Shown here in pieces: positions 9,727 to 19,907 of a stretch of DNA of 64,000 nucleotides. The notes beneath the pieces are model-generated. The model was not told where the DNA came from. It worked only from the letters and a program-made list of their open reading frames with translations, and ran no database searches. Numbering within the stretch: the stretch's first letter is position 1; every line of letters begins with the position of its first letter. Source of the DNA: Methanothermococcus sp. Ax23 (lineage in GTDB: Archaea; AGJL01; Methanococci; Methanococcales; Methanococcaceae); the NCBI RefSeq assembly GCF_049075655.1, contig NZ_CP157522.1:736001-800000 (forward strand). The letters run 5' to 3'. The position numbers and the translations under genes were made by a program.

Positions 9727-10857
9727 TTATTGTATTTTTATCTTTTTTTCACCTTTATAGACTAAATATATTACCAATAATCCACCCACTACATCAAGGA
9801 TGGAGCCTATTGGTAAAACCTGGGCTGGACGATTTAATCCATATATATAAAAGATAGGAACCCAGTATTTTAATGAAATAATATGGCATACAAGCATTAA
9901 CGCCACTCCAACAAGCATGGTTGTAGGAAGTAACCACCTATGGTCTGAGGTTCTTATAATGGGTCTTGCTAAATAGGGGGCGGCAATTCCTACAAATGCT
10001 ATCAATCCAACATATGGAATTATAACTCCCACAATAAATGATGTTAATAGTAATGTTAATATCCTGATTTTTTTTACATTTAATCCAAAACTCTTTGCAT
10101 AGGTTTCTCCAAATAACAAGGCATTTAAAGGCTTTATTAGAAAAATACATCCTATTATAAATAATATTGTGCATAGAGCCATTGGAGGGATGTAATTTAA
10201 ATGAATTCTCGTTACATTTCCAATAATAAAATTAAAATAATCCTGAATGGATATGTCTGTTCCATTTGCTATTAAATATGCCCTTATTCCCCCAAATAAA
10301 TAACTCATCAATAGGGCAACAATTAAAACTCCATTTACTTCTTTAATTCTAAGGGCTATAATTATAAGCATAATTATCGACAGTAATCCACCGCACCATC
10401 CTGCTAACATGGTGGCATTTATTCCAAAAGTTGAGAATAATTCTGCAAAACTATCTATAAAGATTACAAGCACAACGGCAAATAATACACCACTGGATAT
10501 ACCTGTTGTATAGGGCGATGCAAGAAGGTTTCTAAACAATGTTTGCAACATTAAACCACAGGCTGATAACGTTAATCCCACAAGAATTGCTCCGATAATT
10601 GGCGGAAGACGAACTTCTTTCAATAACATATATTTAAATTTAGTGTTTTCATCCAATGGAGTTTGGGGAAAAATATGATTTCCAGTTATTTTATAATATA
10701 TGGAATCCACCGTAATTTTTGTTTGATGGATAACAAAATTTGTAGTATCTTCTAAGGTGATTGATTTGGCATTTCCACCAAAATATATTCCTGCAATAGT
10801 TAATCCAATTACTAAACCAATTAAAACCAAAATTATAATATATCGATAATTCATCAT
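9727..10857 (-). CDS. FecCD/BtuC-family ABC permease
   Basis: RLPP, LQTLFRNLLASP, GLIAFVGIAAP; multiple TM helices. Confidence 0.9.
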   Translation of the reverse strand: MMNYRYIIILVLIGLVIGLTIAGIYFGGNAKSITLEDTTNFVIHQTKITVDSIYYKITGNHIFPQTPLDENTKFKYMLLKEVRLPPIIGAILVGLTLSACGLMLQTLFRNLLASPYTTGISSGVLFAVVLVIFIDSFAELFSTFGINATMLAGWCGGLLSIIMLIIIALRIKEVNGVLIVALLMSYLFGGIRAYLIANGTDISIQDYFNFIIGNVTRIHLNYIPPMALCTILFIIGCIFLIKPLNALLFGETYAKSFGLNVKKIRILTLLLTSFIVGVIIPYVGLIAFVGIAAPYLARPIIRTSDHRWLLPTTMLVGVALMLVCHIISLKYWVPIFYIYGLNRPAQVLPIGSILDVVGGLLVIYLVYKGEKKIKIQ

Positions 10858-10907
10858 ATCCCACTTATTTTTTAAATTTTAATTTTATGTAAAATTTTAT
10901 TTTTATA

Positions 10908-11957
10908 TTAAATTCCCATTTTCCTAACTTTTAGATATATTGCTATGGCAATCGGAGCTCCGATTATAGACAGTGGGCTTAACAGTGGAAGATTATTCGA
11001 AGATTGGGGCACAACAACTCCCGGTCTTGTTAATATATCTGCAAATAACACAAATACAGAACCTAAAATCGCAGTCATAGGTATTACATAGGCATGCTTT
11101 GAGGTTCTAGATATCATCCTTGCAATAATTGGGCATATTAATCCTACAAAGGCGATTGGACCGGCAAATGCCACAACTGTTGCTGTTAATACACAGGATA
11201 GGATTATTAGCCATTTTCTTAGATTCTTTACATCTACCCCAACACTTGTAGCATATTTTTCCCCAAGTAGATTTGCATCAAGTTTTTTTGAAAGAAATAT
11301 GTATGCTAAAATAACTATTGGAATAATCAAAAATGTCATTAGATTAATTTGGGACCATGTTAAATTATTGACTGAGCCCATGCCCCACATAAAATATCCT
11401 GCAAGTTTGGAATTTTCTTCACCCATATAATCCCCAGTATATATAACAAGTGTAGTTAGTCCAGAAGCTATTGCCCCTATCATAATACCACAAATTAACA
11501 GGGTTGCAGTTTGCTTTACAATTCTTGCAATATTTATAACAACAAACATGGTAATCAATGATCCAACATATGCAGAGATAATGAATCCATATATAGAATG
11601 AGGGATTCCCATTTTAAACAGCAACGATGTAAATATATACAAAACAACGCCCAGAGATGCCCCGCTTGCTACTCCCATTAAATATGGGTCTGCCAAAGGG
11701 TTTCTAAAATATCCCTGCATCAAAATTCCAGCTACGGCAATGCCTAATCCAACAATAATTGCTCCAATAGTTCTGGGAAGCCTTAGTTTTCCAATAATTT
11801 GGTCTATAATGGCATTTCCAGATGTTCCTTCAAATAAATATTTTTCCAATTGTTCATCTTTTATTGGAACTGTCCCTTCTGTAATGCTAAAATAGGATAA
11901 AATTGTCAACAACACTAAGGATAATGTAAATAATCCCAAAAATCTTTTAACTCTCAA
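10908..11957 (-). CDS. FecCD/BtuC-family ABC permease
   Basis: [25 protein letters not shown]. Confidence 0.9.
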   Translation of the reverse strand: MRVKRFLGLFTLSLVLLTILSYFSITEGTVPIKDEQLEKYLFEGTSGNAIIDQIIGKLRLPRTIGAIIVGLGIAVAGILMQGYFRNPLADPYLMGVASGASLGVVLYIFTSLLFKMGIPHSIYGFIISAYVGSLITMFVVINIARIVKQTATLLICGIMIGAIASGLTTLVIYTGDYMGEENSKLAGYFMWGMGSVNNLTWSQINLMTFLIIPIVILAYIFLSKKLDANLLGEKYATSVGVDVKNLRKWLIILSCVLTATVVAFAGPIAFVGLICPIIARMISRTSKHAYVIPMTAILGSVFVLFADILTRPGVVVPQSSNNLPLLSPLSIIGAPIAIAIYLKVRKMGI

Positions 11958-12019
11958 AATTCCACCTAATCGTAAATTATTAAAATTTATAAAAAAATAG
12001 GAAATAATAATATAAATAT

Positions 12020-13200
12020 TTATTTAGTCATTTTTATCTTTATGATATACTTCAAATCACTGCCAAGTACTTCTGGATGTATTGCTTTTGCATAATCATC
12101 CAGGAGGTCCTGCGGGGTCCAGAGTTTCCTTTTTAGTGTTGTCATAATGTAATACATAAAACCTTCCATTTTTAAATGCCTTGAAGTTTGCAAACTCAGG
12201 GTTTAGTTCAAGCAACTGTTCTTTTGTTGTTATGTTTTTACCTTGTGTGCAATATAACAACATCGGCATTTATTGCCCTTTCATAGAATATTTCTTTATC
12301 CATGTACATCCCACCCGTCCCGGGCATGTCATTAAACACAAATTCTCCTTTAACATCATTTATCCATTTGGTCTAAAATTTTGTGCTTCTCATACATAAG
12401 GACCTTTTGATGATGACCAGTAAAAGAATGCCACATTTGGATAAGTGTTTATGCCCCTAACTTTTCTCAATATATCTCTGTTTCCATGCATTCTGGAAAT
12501 AATCCTCCATTTTATCAGAATCATCTTTTCCATAAAATGCTGCAAAGAATTTAGTCCATTCAGTTTTTCCCATAAATAAATCTTCCCAGTATGCTCCTGT
12601 TCTTGCGTATGAGATATTTAATTCTTTAAGTTTTTTTGCCATTGGGTCAGTATAACTAAATTTATATATAAATACTATATCTCTGGATTTACGCTAACTA
12701 TGTTATCATAGTTAGGACTTGTCCCTCTTCCAGCATTTAAAATCTCTCCATTTTGGTATTTTTCATATAATTTTGGAAGTTCATCTTTATATTTAGGGGC
12801 GATGGAACTTAAATATTGCATCGCTTTTAAGCTATTGGTGATATTTCATCGTTTGTAATATATACAGTTCCTAATAATATCTAGTCTCCACTTACGACTT
12901 TCTTTAATGGCGTATAAACAATTTTAGCATCAGGAATATCTGGGGCTGTCGCCCCTTCTTTTAGTGCTACAAATTTATTTCCCTCAGCATCTACAATATA
13001 GCAATATCCTTCATCCCAATGAGGGTCTAATTGGAAGTTTTAAGCAAATACAACTGGATTTCTAAATGTATCGTAGTTTTTGAATATATAAGTAACATCT
13101 GCAATATCTACTGAATTATCACAGTTTAAATCTCCAACTTCTATTGGGATATTTCGGTTCTTAAACAGATAAACCACATCCGAAATATCTATTGAACCAT
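12020..13200 (-). pseudogene. Disrupted dockerin plus ABC substrate-binding protein
   Basis: Fragments homologous to 18321-19907 (dockerin, EWTKFFAAF, NPEFANFKAFKNG, DLLDDYAKAIHPE); in-frame TAA near 13041 and several frameshifts. Confidence 0.8.
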
Positions 13201-13340
13201 CTTTATAATAAACATATTTTGATATAATATAAAAGTTTTTTTAATTCATACATATAAATTTTTATTTAAATCAATTGAATATTTGAATTAATTCAAACAC
13301 AAAAATAGAAATAGATATAGAAATGAATAAAATCAAAAGA
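12998..13340. repeat. ~340-bp direct repeat, copy 1 (copy 2 at 19728-20070)
   Basis: Near-identical sequence at offset 6730 covering the upstream region and dockerin segment. Confidence 0.9.
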
Positions 13341-13348
13341 AAAAATAA

Positions 13349-14056
13349 TTAAAATTCAGTTCTTAATAAATACTCGGACACTTCTTTAACTTTTTTAGTT
13401 AAAAATCCATGGTTAAATGGATTTTCATCCAATAAGATTAAAATTCCCCCGTCTTCTAACTCTTCAACTCTATAAATTGGGGCAGATAAGATTTTTTCTC
13501 TTCCAATGTTTTTAACAATCTCTGGGGATAATATAGTTAAACCAGTTATTATATTTGGATTTCCATCTTTAATAAGTTGTTCGTAAGTGGATATATATTC
13601 ATCCTCCAATTCTTCCCCGTCATAATATTGAACTATCAAGGGCTTTGTTTTTAGATAAAGATTTTTTATAATGTTGATTAATTTGTTTATGAAAGTTTTA
13701 GGTCTCCGCGATAAGGTGTAGAAAAAGGTTAATTCAAAGGAATTTTTTGAGATTAATAAATCAAATCCATGTTCGGTATCTGCTTCCTCATTGTAAAACC
13801 AAAACGGACCCAACATGCCCCCACAATCTTTAGCAATAGTATTTGAAACTTCTTCCAATGTTGCAAGATAATCATTGTAATCAGTACTTTCACAATTATA
13901 ATAAAAAATATCTTTACATTTATCCCTATTATACCCATATCTTAATTCATTTGGTCTTATTTCGAGAGTCTTTAATATATTAACAAGATTAATTATGTCA
14001 TCACCATTCAAACATTTCTTATTAATAATAAACTCAATAGATTCAATACTTCCCAT
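13349..14056 (-). CDS. Putative immunity protein for the REase-like toxin tip
   Basis: Starts just after the toxin stop; C-terminal ILSAPIYRVEELEDGGILILL resembles immunity proteins of REase toxins. Confidence 0.6.
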   Translation of the reverse strand: MGSIESIEFIINKKCLNGDDIINLVNILKTLEIRPNELRYGYNRDKCKDIFYYNCESTDYNDYLATLEEVSNTIAKDCGGMLGPFWFYNEEADTEHGFDLLISKNSFELTFFYTLSRRPKTFINKLINIIKNLYLKTKPLIVQYYDGEELEDEYISTYEQLIKDGNPNIITGLTILSPEIVKNIGREKILSAPIYRVEELEDGGILILLDENPFNHGFLTKKVKEVSEYLLRTEF

Positions 14057-14065
14057 AATTGCCAC

Positions 14066-14597
14066 CTATGGATTATATACATGATATTCAATATCCACAC
14101 CATATTTACTTTTTGCTTTATTTAATTTCTTGATAACTTTGTCATCAGGTTTTAATCTAAAGTAATAAACTAATTTTTTATTATTGTTTTTTGCATATTC
14201 GGATAATTTTGACAATTGTCGTGTAAATCTATTCCAATCTTTGAGTACATCTCCCCCTTTACATTCAATAACTTTGTCCATTGTTATTATGTCAGCCTCC
14301 GTAGGTCCCCGAGATGTTTTGATACCATCTTTAGACAGCTCCACAATCTCATCAACATTACATTTTTCAGCAACCACTATTGCTTCATACGGAGTTCCGC
14401 TTTTTCCTTTTTTAATCTCTTCAAGTACTCCATCATACCCCTTAACCCCCTTCAATTTATCCAAAGCATAATCGAGTTTATTCAAATCTATACCCGTCTT
14501 TTCATAACTTTTAACAACTTCCCTACTTAATCCTTTTTTTATTAATCTTTCAACAACATCCTTCCCAGTATCCCCAACAACAATTTAATTATAACAG
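14066..14597 (-). CDS. Orphan toxin C-terminal cassette, PD-(D/E)xK nuclease-like
   Basis: YE...EADII...VIECK...QL motif; frame open upstream to a copy of the shared linker (VVGDTGKDV); no convincing start. Confidence 0.65.
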
Positions 14598-14654
14598 AAG
14601 TTATAAAAGAGAAGATAAAACATAAAATTATTTAAAATTGAATTATTAATACTT

Positions 14655-15104
14655 TTATGGTAAATAAGCATCTAACCTACCGATAACTAATATATAACTA
14701 CCTTCCTTTAATTCATCAAAAACTCCATATTTATTTTCCCAACCTGTTTCCAATACTACCCCACAATCGAAGCATATTCTTTCTATTTCGTCTCCTAAAA
14801 TATCTTTTCTTGTCCATTTTTTCTTTACTTCTCCAATGAATAAGTGGTGGTCTCCTCCAAGACTCTCAATCATTTTCTTATTTATACCAACTCTTCTAAT
14901 GTAAAAATCAAGAACTGATAAGTTAATTTCCACAATATCATTTTGTTTGATTTTTCCTTCATCTAATGCATATAAAAGCTCAGAGTCTGTAACAAACGCC
15001 TCAAGTAAGTATCCATCAACTTCAATTATCAAATCCCCTTCTGAAACCATCTCATCAACTTTATTTAACCAGTAATCTTTAATTTTCACTTTATGAATAA
15101 CCAT
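14655..15104 (-). CDS. Putative immunity protein
   Basis: Small acidic ORF with GGTGA RBS immediately downstream of the toxin cassette. Confidence 0.55.
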   Translation of the reverse strand: MVIHKVKIKDYWLNKVDEMVSEGDLIIEVDGYLLEAFVTDSELLYALDEGKIKQNDIVEINLSVLDFYIRRVGINKKMIESLGGDHHLFIGEVKKKWTRKDILGDEIERICFDCGVVLETGWENKYGVFDELKEGSYILVIGRLDAYLP

Positions 15105-15121
15105 TTTTTCACCAGTTTAAT

Positions 15122-15925
15122 CTAATTTATAACATCAATAGGATGTGCTGTAATTATGCCTTTTTCACTATCTTCACTTACCACTATTTTTAAATATTTT
15201 TTTGCTCCTGTGGGTTTGTAATAATAATCCCATCCACCTTTTGGGTCAGGTTTTTTGTCTTGGTAATTTTCTAGTGCTTCTTTTATCAGATTTTTAACAG
15301 CATTGTCATTATCGGGTAGATTAAATTCATTTTTTATATCATCTGCATGAGAAGTTCCACCTGCCCGTATTTTTGTTATATGTTTCCACCCCCAACTTTC
15401 TGTCCCCTCTTTTAATACAATATTTCCAACTTTAAAAATTACATCCTTCCCAGTATCCTTAACAACAAATTTAATTATAACAGGAATCAACTTTTTTGCA
15501 CATAACTTCCCACCTATTACAATAGCTTTTCCTTCGAATACTGGAAGTGTGGCTATATCAATTGCCAATCCAACTTTATTACATTCTTCACCACATGCAA
15601 ACTTATATAAATCTTCTCCAATTGCCAATTTAACTACGAAATCAAAATCAGATAAAAGGTCATTTGAAGTTAGATAATTTGCATCGTAACTATTACTACC
15701 ATATTTAATATTCACAAAGTGCTTTAACTCCCCATCGCCACCAGAGAATAATTCTGGATGAACCATTCTTGCATAGTCTTCCATAACGTTTCCTGCATCA
15801 TACATATTGGATAAAAGAATGTCTTTCTTAGAGACATAGAACTTTCCATTCTTATATGCTTTGAAGTTTGCAAACTTTGGATTTAGATTTAATAAATCTT
15901 TTTTAGTGTCTCCCGTATAATCTAA
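15122..15925 (-). CDS. Orphan toxin cassette (SBP tail, linker, predicted RNase tip)
   Basis: Identical to 18321-19907 from MYDAGN to VGNIVLKE, then a different tip (GWKHI...H...GIITAHP). Confidence 0.7.
   Translation of the reverse strand, partial: LDYTGDTKKDLLNLNPKFANFKAYKNGKFYVSKKDILLSNMYDAGNVMEDYARMVHPELFSGGDGELKHFVNIKYGSNSYDANYLTSNDLLSDFDFVVKLAIGEDLYKFACGEECNKVGLAIDIATLPVFEGKAIVIGGKLCAKKLIPVIIKFVVKDTGKDVIFKVGNIVLKEGTESWGWKHITKIRAGGTSHADDIKNEFNLPDNDNAVKNLIKEALENYQDKKPDPKGGWDYYYKPTGAKKYLKIVVSEDSEKGIITAHPIDVIN
15406..15925. repeat. ~520-bp direct repeat of the scaffold/linker (copy at 18728-19250)
   Basis: Near-identical 15406-15808 vs 18728-19130 (offset 3322), more diverged beyond. Confidence 0.9.
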
Positions 15926-15953
15926 AAAAATAATTTAAAAAAGGAAAATTAGG

Positions 15954-16592
15954 TTATAATTCTTCACCATATCTTTCTTCGTAGTATTTTTTGAAATCTG
16001 CTAAGTATTTTTCTAAGTTTTTAATCCAATCTTTATCATTTTCTGGAATTTCTGAATTTCTAAGTAATTTAAGATAATCCTCTGCTAATTTAACGATTTC
16101 TTTAGTGAAATCTTTTAATGGAACTCTAACTATCCCCTCTTTACCAGCCCTATCTTTATATAAATACATATCATTACGATAATGTATTATTAACTCATCT
16201 TTATCTTTATCGAGTTCAAAGATATAGATATTAAATTGAAAATGTAGAGACACCCAACAAGCCAAATTTGGATTTTTTACATTATTTATATCAATCCATG
16301 ATTTCACCTCTTTTAAGTTAAAGTTTTGTGAATTTTTAGAGAATCTATAATATTTTCCCTCACTTAATAAGTATGGTAGTAATGTTAGCATTTCCTCAAA
16401 GAAACCATATAAATCACATTCATCTCCCTCGATTTTACCTTCCTCAACCCACACAATAGCCCCGAGTAATTCACCATTAACTTTGAATATGGTTTTTATT
16501 ACTCCGCCAGGATATCCTAAACCATCTTCTTTTATCCTTTTTTTATGTTCCTCCTTATCATAAATTAATTCTACTAAACTCATTGTTATCAC
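15954..16592 (-). CDS. Putative immunity protein, paralogue of 17605-18240
   Basis: LVEL.YDK..HK, KDELIIHY, PLK.FTKEIVKLAE, KKYY.ERYGEEL shared between the two. Confidence 0.65.
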   Translation of the reverse strand: MITMSLVELIYDKEEHKKRIKEDGLGYPGGVIKTIFKVNGELLGAIVWVEEGKIEGDECDLYGFFEEMLTLLPYLLSEGKYYRFSKNSQNFNLKEVKSWIDINNVKNPNLACWVSLHFQFNIYIFELDKDKDELIIHYRNDMYLYKDRAGKEGIVRVPLKDFTKEIVKLAEDYLKLLRNSEIPENDKDWIKNLEKYLADFKKYYEERYGEEL

Positions 16593-16600
16593 CAGTGGTA

Positions 16601-17520
16601 TTATTCTTTTTCAAATATCCATTTATCGCCCTTCTTACCAACACATTTAAGCCATCCATAGTTATTAACATACCTATAAACTCCATCTCCACCTTTTGGA
16701 TACATTGTTCTTAATTCATATACACCATTTTCTAATTTAAATTTCAACTCAATTTCGATAACCTTACCATCTTTTTCATACGTATATTTTATTTTTGGAT
16801 TGCTACCTTTAATGTTATCTTTATTTTTTTCTATCGCTTCTTTAATTATCTTCTTCAACTCATCAGCATCGTCTATAATCTTAGGTAGTTTCTTCCCATT
16901 TACCGTTTGTCCCATTGGGAAGAATGTGGTGGCTGTCTTATCAGATTCATACCCCACATATGTCTTAACCATAATATGGATTAAACCTTTTTTAGCATCT
17001 CCCCCTATGAGATTGACGATTATTTTCTCATCACCATTTTTTATCGTTATTTTCTCTGGTTTAGAAAACTCCTCCAACTCCTTAAAATACTTCTTAGAAT
17101 TTTTAATATTAATTTTAGATATTTTATTTAATTCATCCTAATGAAACATCTTTCTTAACCAAATCATCTATATCTTTGCTGGAGCTCCTTTATTTCTTAG
17201 GTTTATAATTACTTCCTTAACCTTTTCTAAATCTTGACCTTTTTCTATTAGTTTATTTTGGCTTCTTTGCTAATTCTTCTTTTCTTTAACTCTCCAATGA
17301 TTTTTCTTTGTTTTGTTAGGTCATCTACATTGTTAGCATTTTTAGTAATCTTAGATATGGAACTTTTAGATATTCCCATCTTAGATAATTTATTTGTTTC
17401 GTCTGCTACTTTTTTAAGTGCATCGTTTGGTTTGTTGCTGTTTTTGATGATATTGTTTATTGTGCTTGTTTTTATTCCGTCATCTTTAAGATTTTTTATC
17501 CTGTTGTCCATCCAACCGAG
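16601..17520 (-). pseudogene. Decayed toxin cassette (frameshifted helical pre-toxin plus tip paralogous to the 18321 tip)
   Basis: TFFPMGQTVNGKKLPKIIDD and GVYELRT.YP shared with 18321; upstream fragments (17248-17511) broken by stops and frameshifts. Confidence 0.65.
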
Positions 17521-17604
17521 TTTTTTATTGTCATTTAGATTATTTTATTAAATATTTAGATTATATTGATTATAAAATAAAAAAAGAAAAAATAAAAATT
17601 TTAT

Positions 17605-18240
17605 TTACAGTTCTTCACCATAACGCTCTTTATAGTATTTTTTAATATCAGTTAATAGATTTTCTAAGAATTTAATATCATGGTCAATTTCTTCTACATT
17701 TGTTGATTTAAGCAGATCTATATATTTCTCCGCTAATTTAACGATTTCCTTTGTGAATTCTTTTAAAGGCGCTCTAATAGAACCGCTATCTTTTCCTTTA
17801 TACTCTTCACAGTCCGTATATGACAATGGATCATTATAGTAATGAATTATTAACTCATCTTTTTCTTTACCTAACTCTAATGTATAGTCATTATACATAA
17901 AACCAAGATCGTAAGCATAATATGCTAAATCAGGATTTTTTATTTGGTCTATAGGCCCATGTTGCTCTACATCTTTCCTATAATAATATCTCCGTGTATG
18001 TTTTCCTTCATCTAATAAAAACGCTAATCCTTTTAACATCTCTTGGAAGAAAGAATATGGATTAAACAAATCATATCCGTAAACTCCTCCATAAACTTTT
18101 AAACATCCTCCACCTAGTAGCTCACCTTTAACTCTAAATATCACTTTTAATGGCTCAAAAAATTCCCCATGAAAGCCATTATATTTTATTATATTCTCTT
18201 TATGTTTATTTTTATCATACTTTAATTCTACCAATTTCAT
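17605..18240 (-). CDS. Putative cognate immunity protein
   Basis: Follows the full-length toxin; GGTGA RBS before the ATG at 18240; paralogue of 15954-16592. Confidence 0.65.
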   Translation of the reverse strand: MKLVELKYDKNKHKENIIKYNGFHGEFFEPLKVIFRVKGELLGGGCLKVYGGVYGYDLFNPYSFFQEMLKGLAFLLDEGKHTRRYYYRKDVEQHGPIDQIKNPDLAYYAYDLGFMYNDYTLELGKEKDELIIHYYNDPLSYTDCEEYKGKDSGSIRAPLKEFTKEIVKLAEKYIDLLKSTNVEEIDHDIKFLENLLTDIKKYYKERYGEEL

Positions 18241-18320
18241 AATTAATTCACCACATAAAATTAGATATTCTTTTTCTTTATAGAATTTTCTAAATAATTT
18301 AAGAAAAATAATAAAAGATT

Positions 18321-19907
18321 TTAATTTTCTGGAACAAATTTCCATTTTCCAGTATTTTTATCATAAACTGATTTGAACCATCCTACATTTTTAACATATT
18401 TATAGACCCCATCTCCTTTTTCTGGATATATCGTTCTTAGTTCATATACTCCATTTTTCATTTTTTGAAAATGTAAAGTAATTTCGATAACCTTACCACC
18501 TTTTTCATACATATATTTTATTTTTGGATTACCATTTTCATCTTCATAGAATTTCTTTTCATTCTTTTCTATCGCTTCTTTAATTATCTTCTTCAACTCA
18601 TCAGTATCATCTATAATCTTAGGTAGTTTCTTCCCATTTACCGTTTGTCCCATTGGGAAGAATGTAGCCGCATCCTTATTTAATTCAGTGCCATAAACAT
18701 GCCTATTTAATATATGTCCCCACCACTCCTCTTTTAATACAATATTTCCAACTTTAAAAATTACATCCTTCCCAGTATCCTTAACAACAAATTTAATTAT
18801 AACAGGAATCAACTTTTTTGCACATAACTTCCCACCTATTACAATAGCTTTTCCTTCGAATACTGGAAGTGTGGCTATATCAATTGCCAATCCAACTTTA
18901 TTACATTCTTCACCACATGCAAACTTATATAAATCTTCTCCAATTGCCAATTTAACTACGAAATCAAAATCAGATAAAAGGTCATTTGAAGTTAGATAAT
19001 TTGCATCGTAACTATTACTACCATATTTAATATTCACAAAGTGCTTTAACTCCCCATCGCCACCAGAGAATAATTCTGGATGAACCATTCTTGCATAGTC
19101 TTCCATAACATTTCCTGCATCATACATATTAGCTAAAAGAATATTCTCCTTAGAGACATAGAACCTTCCATTTCTGAATGCTTTGAAGTTTGCAAACTTT
19201 GGATTTAGTTTTAATAAATCATCTTTTGTTTTAGCATCCCCAGTATAGTCCAAAAGAATACAAACATCGGCACCCATTACCTTTTCATAAAAATCTTCTG
19301 TATCCATATATTCCCCAGCTGTTCCAGGCATGTTGTTAAATACATAGTCTCCCCTAACATCATTTACCCAATTTGCCCTAAAATTCTGTGCTTCAAAAAC
19401 AAATGGTTTATTTTTCTCTTTATACCAACAGAATACAACAATCTTTGGCTCATTCTTTGCATTTCTTGTTATTCTTAATAAGCTATTCTTCTTTTTCCAT
19501 GTATTTTGGAAGAATGCATCTGCTTTGTTATACTCGTCCTCTCCATTAAATGCGGAGTAAAATTTAACCCACTCCACCATTCCTAAAAATGTAGTTTCCC
19601 CAAACTGTCTTTGGTTAGTTTTGGTAGATTGACCAGTATATACAATTTCTGCATTAGGTGGGATATATGATGGTTTTGAATAGCCTTCTTTTACGATAAC
19701 ATACCATTTCCCACTCGCATCTTTGGCATAGCAATATCCTTCATCCCAATGAGGGTCTAATTGGAAGTTTTTGGCAAATACAACTGGATTTCTAAATGTA
19801 TCGTAGTTTTTGAATATATAAGTAACATCTGCAATATCTACTGAATTATCACAGTTTAAATCTCCAACTTCTATTGGGATATTTCGGTTCTTAAACAGAT
19901 AAACCAC
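18321..19907 (-). CDS. Dockerin-SBP-pretoxin-nuclease fusion (putative polymorphic toxin)
   Basis: GDLNCDNSVDIADV dockerin loop; class III SBP C-lobe; Gly/hydrophobic linker; tip HILNRH...TFFP...RTIYP. Confidence 0.7.
   Translation of the reverse strand: MVYLFKNRNIPIEVGDLNCDNSVDIADVTYIFKNYDTFRNPVVFAKNFQLDPHWDEGYCYAKDASGKWYVIVKEGYSKPSYIPPNAEIVYTGQSTKTNQRQFGETTFLGMVEWVKFYSAFNGEDEYNKADAFFQNTWKKKNSLLRITRNAKNEPKIVVFCWYKEKNKPFVFEAQNFRANWVNDVRGDYVFNNMPGTAGEYMDTEDFYEKVMGADVCILLDYTGDAKTKDDLLKLNPKFANFKAFRNGRFYVSKENILLANMYDAGNVMEDYARMVHPELFSGGDGELKHFVNIKYGSNSYDANYLTSNDLLSDFDFVVKLAIGEDLYKFACGEECNKVGLAIDIATLPVFEGKAIVIGGKLCAKKLIPVIIKFVVKDTGKDVIFKVGNIVLKEEWWGHILNRHVYGTELNKDAATFFPMGQTVNGKKLPKIIDDTDELKKIIKEAIEKNEKKFYEDENGNPKIKYMYEKGGKVIEITLHFQKMKNGVYELRTIYPEKGDGVYKYVKNVGWFKSVYDKNTGKWKFVPEN

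Noticed and set aside
13349-19907. Provirus or restriction-modification island
   Set aside because: No integrase, structural or methyltransferase genes; the paired tip/partner layout with scaffold repeats fits a toxin array better.
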